DNA from: a virus
Lineage: Duplodnaviria > Heunggongvirae > Uroviricota > Caudoviricetes
Length of the DNA stretch: 27,180 nt
Virus record (IMG/VR): IMGVR_UViG_2740892115_000003
Direction: 5' to 3' (one strand)
The notes beneath the pieces are model-generated. The model did not search any database and was not told where the DNA came from. It saw only the letters and a program-made list of their open reading frames with translations. The position numbers and the translations under genes are program-made. Positions 25,148 to 27,180 of this stretch are shown piece after piece (the stretch's first letter is position 1; the number at the start of each line of letters is the position of its first letter).

Positions 25148-26874
25148 CAGTGAAATACTACGCCATTCTGACTAATCAGGGCGCGGCACGACTGGCTAAC
25201 GCGACGATGCTCGGCAGTAAGCTGAATCTGACGCGAATGGCCGTTGGTGATGCAAATGGTGTGTTACCAACACCAGACCCTGCACAAACAAAACTGATTA
25301 ACCAGAAACGCATTGCACCGCTGAATCTTCTGAGTGTTGACCCTAACAATCAGAGCCAGATTATTGCGGAGCAAATCATCCCTGAAAGCGAGGGAGGATT
25401 CTGGATCCGTGAGATTGGTCTTTATGATGATAAAGGTGTACTCATTGCGGTGGCAAACTGCCCGGAAACGTACAAACCGCAGTTGCAGGAAGGCAGTGGA
25501 CGCACCCAGACTATCCGCATGATTCTGGTTGTCACGAACACCGAAGCCATCACGCTGAAAATCGACCCGTCTGTGGTTCTGGCAACCCGCAAATATGTGG
25601 ATGATAAAATATCAGAGCACGAGCAGTCACGACGTCACCCGGACGCCTCGCTGACCGCAAAAGGCTTTGTTCAACTTAGCAGCGCCACCAACAGCACCTC
25701 TGAAACGCTGGCCGCAACACCGAAAGCGGTTAAGGCTGCATATGACCTGGCTAACGGGAAATATACCGCTCAGGATGCGACTACGGCACGAAAAGGCCTT
25801 GTTCAACTCAGTAGCGCCACAAACAGCACGTCTGAAACGCTGGCCGCAACACCGAAAGCGGTTAAGGCTGCATATGACCTGGCTAACGGGAAATATACCG
25901 CTCAGGATGCGACTGCGGCACGAAAAGGCCTTGTTCAACTCAGTAGCGCCACAAACAGCACGTCTGAAACGCTGGCAGCGACACCAAAAGCTGTTAAGGC
26001 GGTAATGGATGAAACGAACAAGAAAGCGCCCTTAAATAGTCCTGCACTGACCGGAACGCCAACAACACCAACTGCGCGACAGGGAACGAATAATACCCAA
26101 ATCGCAAGCACGGCTTTCGTTATGGCTGCGATTGCCGCCCTTGTAGATTCGTCACCTGATGCACTGAACACGCTGAACGAGCTGGCTGCGGCGCTGGGCA
26201 ACGACCCGAATTTTGCGACCACCATAACTAACGCGCTTGCGGGTAAGCAACCGAAGGATGCCACCCTGACGGCGCTGGCGGAGCTTGCTACATCAGCAGA
26301 TAAACTCCCATATTTTAAAGGGGCAGATCGTGCCGCGTTAACTGCACTGACAAGTGTTGGACGCGCCATTCTTGGTAAGACCAGTATTCAGAGCGTTCTT
26401 GATTACCTTGGTTTGGGGGAAGGCTCTGCATTGCCTGTTGGTGTACCGGTTCCATGGCCCACCGCCACACCGCCAGCAGGCTGGTTACAGTGCAACGGAG
26501 CTACGTTCACCAAAGAACAATATCCTGTTCTGGCCAGAGTCTACCCGACCCTCCGTCTTCCCGATTTACGCGGTGAGTTTATCCGTGGATGGGACGGTGG
26601 TCGCAAGGTTGATACCGGGCGTGCGCTACTTTCATTTCAGGAAGGGACTATCGTATCCGGTTTTGATGATAATGATACCGGAGATATCAGTTCGCTCGGC
26701 TCTACACAATACGGATTTGGTGACGCTTTAACCTCTAATCAACTGGGGGTCATAAATGGCAAAAAGTGGATATTTGATGCATCCTCTAAAGGTGCACGAA
26801 GACATGACTGGTGGGCTTATGTATCAGCTCGCCCCCGCAATATCGCATTTAACTATATCGTGAGGGCGGCGTGA
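25144..26874 (+). CDS. H: Tail fibre protein, P2 H-like, with internal tandem repeats and a variable receptor-binding C-terminus
   Basis: 576 aa; conserved H-type N-terminus (MTVKYYAILTNQGAARLANA...); C-terminal PWP...GWL.CNG..F....YP.L...YP.LRLPDLRGEFIRGWDGGR is the common tail-fibre distal-domain pattern. Confidence 0.85.
   Translation: MTVKYYAILTNQGAARLANATMLGSKLNLTRMAVGDANGVLPTPDPAQTKLINQKRIAPLNLLSVDPNNQSQIIAEQIIPESEGGFWIREIGLYDDKGVLIAVANCPETYKPQLQEGSGRTQTIRMILVVTNTEAITLKIDPSVVLATRKYVDDKISEHEQSRRHPDASLTAKGFVQLSSATNSTSETLAATPKAVKAAYDLANGKYTAQDATTARKGLVQLSSATNSTSETLAATPKAVKAAYDLANGKYTAQDATAARKGLVQLSSATNSTSETLAATPKAVKAVMDETNKKAPLNSPALTGTPTTPTARQGTNNTQIASTAFVMAAIAALVDSSPDALNTLNELAAALGNDPNFATTITNALAGKQPKDATLTALAELATSADKLPYFKGADRAALTALTSVGRAILGKTSIQSVLDYLGLGEGSALPVGVPVPWPTATPPAGWLQCNGATFTKEQYPVLARVYPTLRLPDLRGEFIRGWDGGRKVDTGRALLSFQEGTIVSGFDDNDTGDISSLGSTQYGFGDALTSNQLGVINGKKWIFDASSKGARRHDWWAYVSARPRNIAFNYIVRAA
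25659..26000 (+). repeat. Tandem 132-bp repeats (about 2.6 copies) inside the tail fibre gene
   Basis: Near-identical units encoding KGFVQLSSATNSTSETLAATPKAVKAAYDLANGKYTAQDATTAR start near 25659 and 25792, with a partial third from about 25923. Confidence 0.8.
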
Positions 26875-26880
26875 TACCGT

Positions 26881-27180
26881 TCAGCCGGCAAGCGCCAGTG
26901 GCGCTTCCGGCCAGCTGATTTCAGGTGCCTTGCTGATATCCAGTGCGTTCAGCTCGTCGATATAATCCAGCACGGCGTTCAGTTTTGCCGTTTCTTCTGG
27001 TTTCAGACTGCGACCTGCCCGCAGTTTGAGGTTGATGAGGTCGATGGACTTCATCGCCTGATCCACCCGTTTCTGGCGTTGCTGTCTGGCAACCTCCAGT
27101 TCTGCGGCTCGCTGCCGTTCAGTATCGGTTACCCACGCCTCACCGTTCCAGGTATCCCATGGCGTGGCTGGCTGTTTTGT
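26881..27180 (-). CDS. Tail fibre assembly (chaperone) protein, Tfa/P2 G-like, C-terminal part; 5' end beyond the window
   Basis: Minus-strand frame open from 27180 to stop at 26881; C-terminus ...DISKAPEISWPEAPLALAG matches the conserved Tfa C-terminal pattern (P2 G ends ...DPANPEWPEMPQ, from memory). Confidence 0.6.
   Translation of the reverse strand, partial: TKQPATPWDTWNGEAWVTDTERQRAAELEVARQQRQKRVDQAMKSIDLINLKLRAGRSLKPEETAKLNAVLDYIDELNALDISKAPEISWPEAPLALAG

Larger units (their letters stand above)
1..27180. mobile_element. P2-like prophage (partial; continues beyond both window edges)
   Basis: Gene order int-C-cox-early ORFs-A-accessory island-cos-Q-P-O-N-M-L-X-lysis-R-S-V-W-J-I-H matches a P2-type prophage map; several products resemble remembered P2 proteins (Cox, C, A, O, N, M, L, X, R, G). 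Confidence 0.9.

Overview
This window is about 27 kb of a P2-like (Peduovirus-type) temperate prophage of an enterobacterial host, running from the 3' end of the integrase gene to a truncated tail-fibre assembly gene at the right edge. All calls rest on reading the six-frame translations and the raw sequence; no database search was run. Gene order: integrase and C-type repressor (minus strand), lysogeny switch, cox, about eleven small early ORFs, replication gene A, an accessory island, the cos region, then portal Q and terminase P (minus strand), followed by O, N, M, L, X, a lysis cassette, an esterase moron, and tail genes R, S, V, W, J, I, H. The most interesting part is the island at 8803-11955, sitting where P2 carries tin/old. 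It holds an actin-like ParM/StbA ATPase and a ParR-like partner directly abutting gene A with no upstream centromere, a small protein whose C-terminus is a near copy of the ClpX N-terminal C4 zinc-binding domain, and a convergent Phd-Doc toxin-antitoxin pair. Other points of note are a strongly structured candidate RNA element in the early operon (5188-5263), a NanS-p-like sialate O-acetylesterase inserted between lysis and tail genes, and a reverse-oriented tail-fibre assembly gene converging on H.
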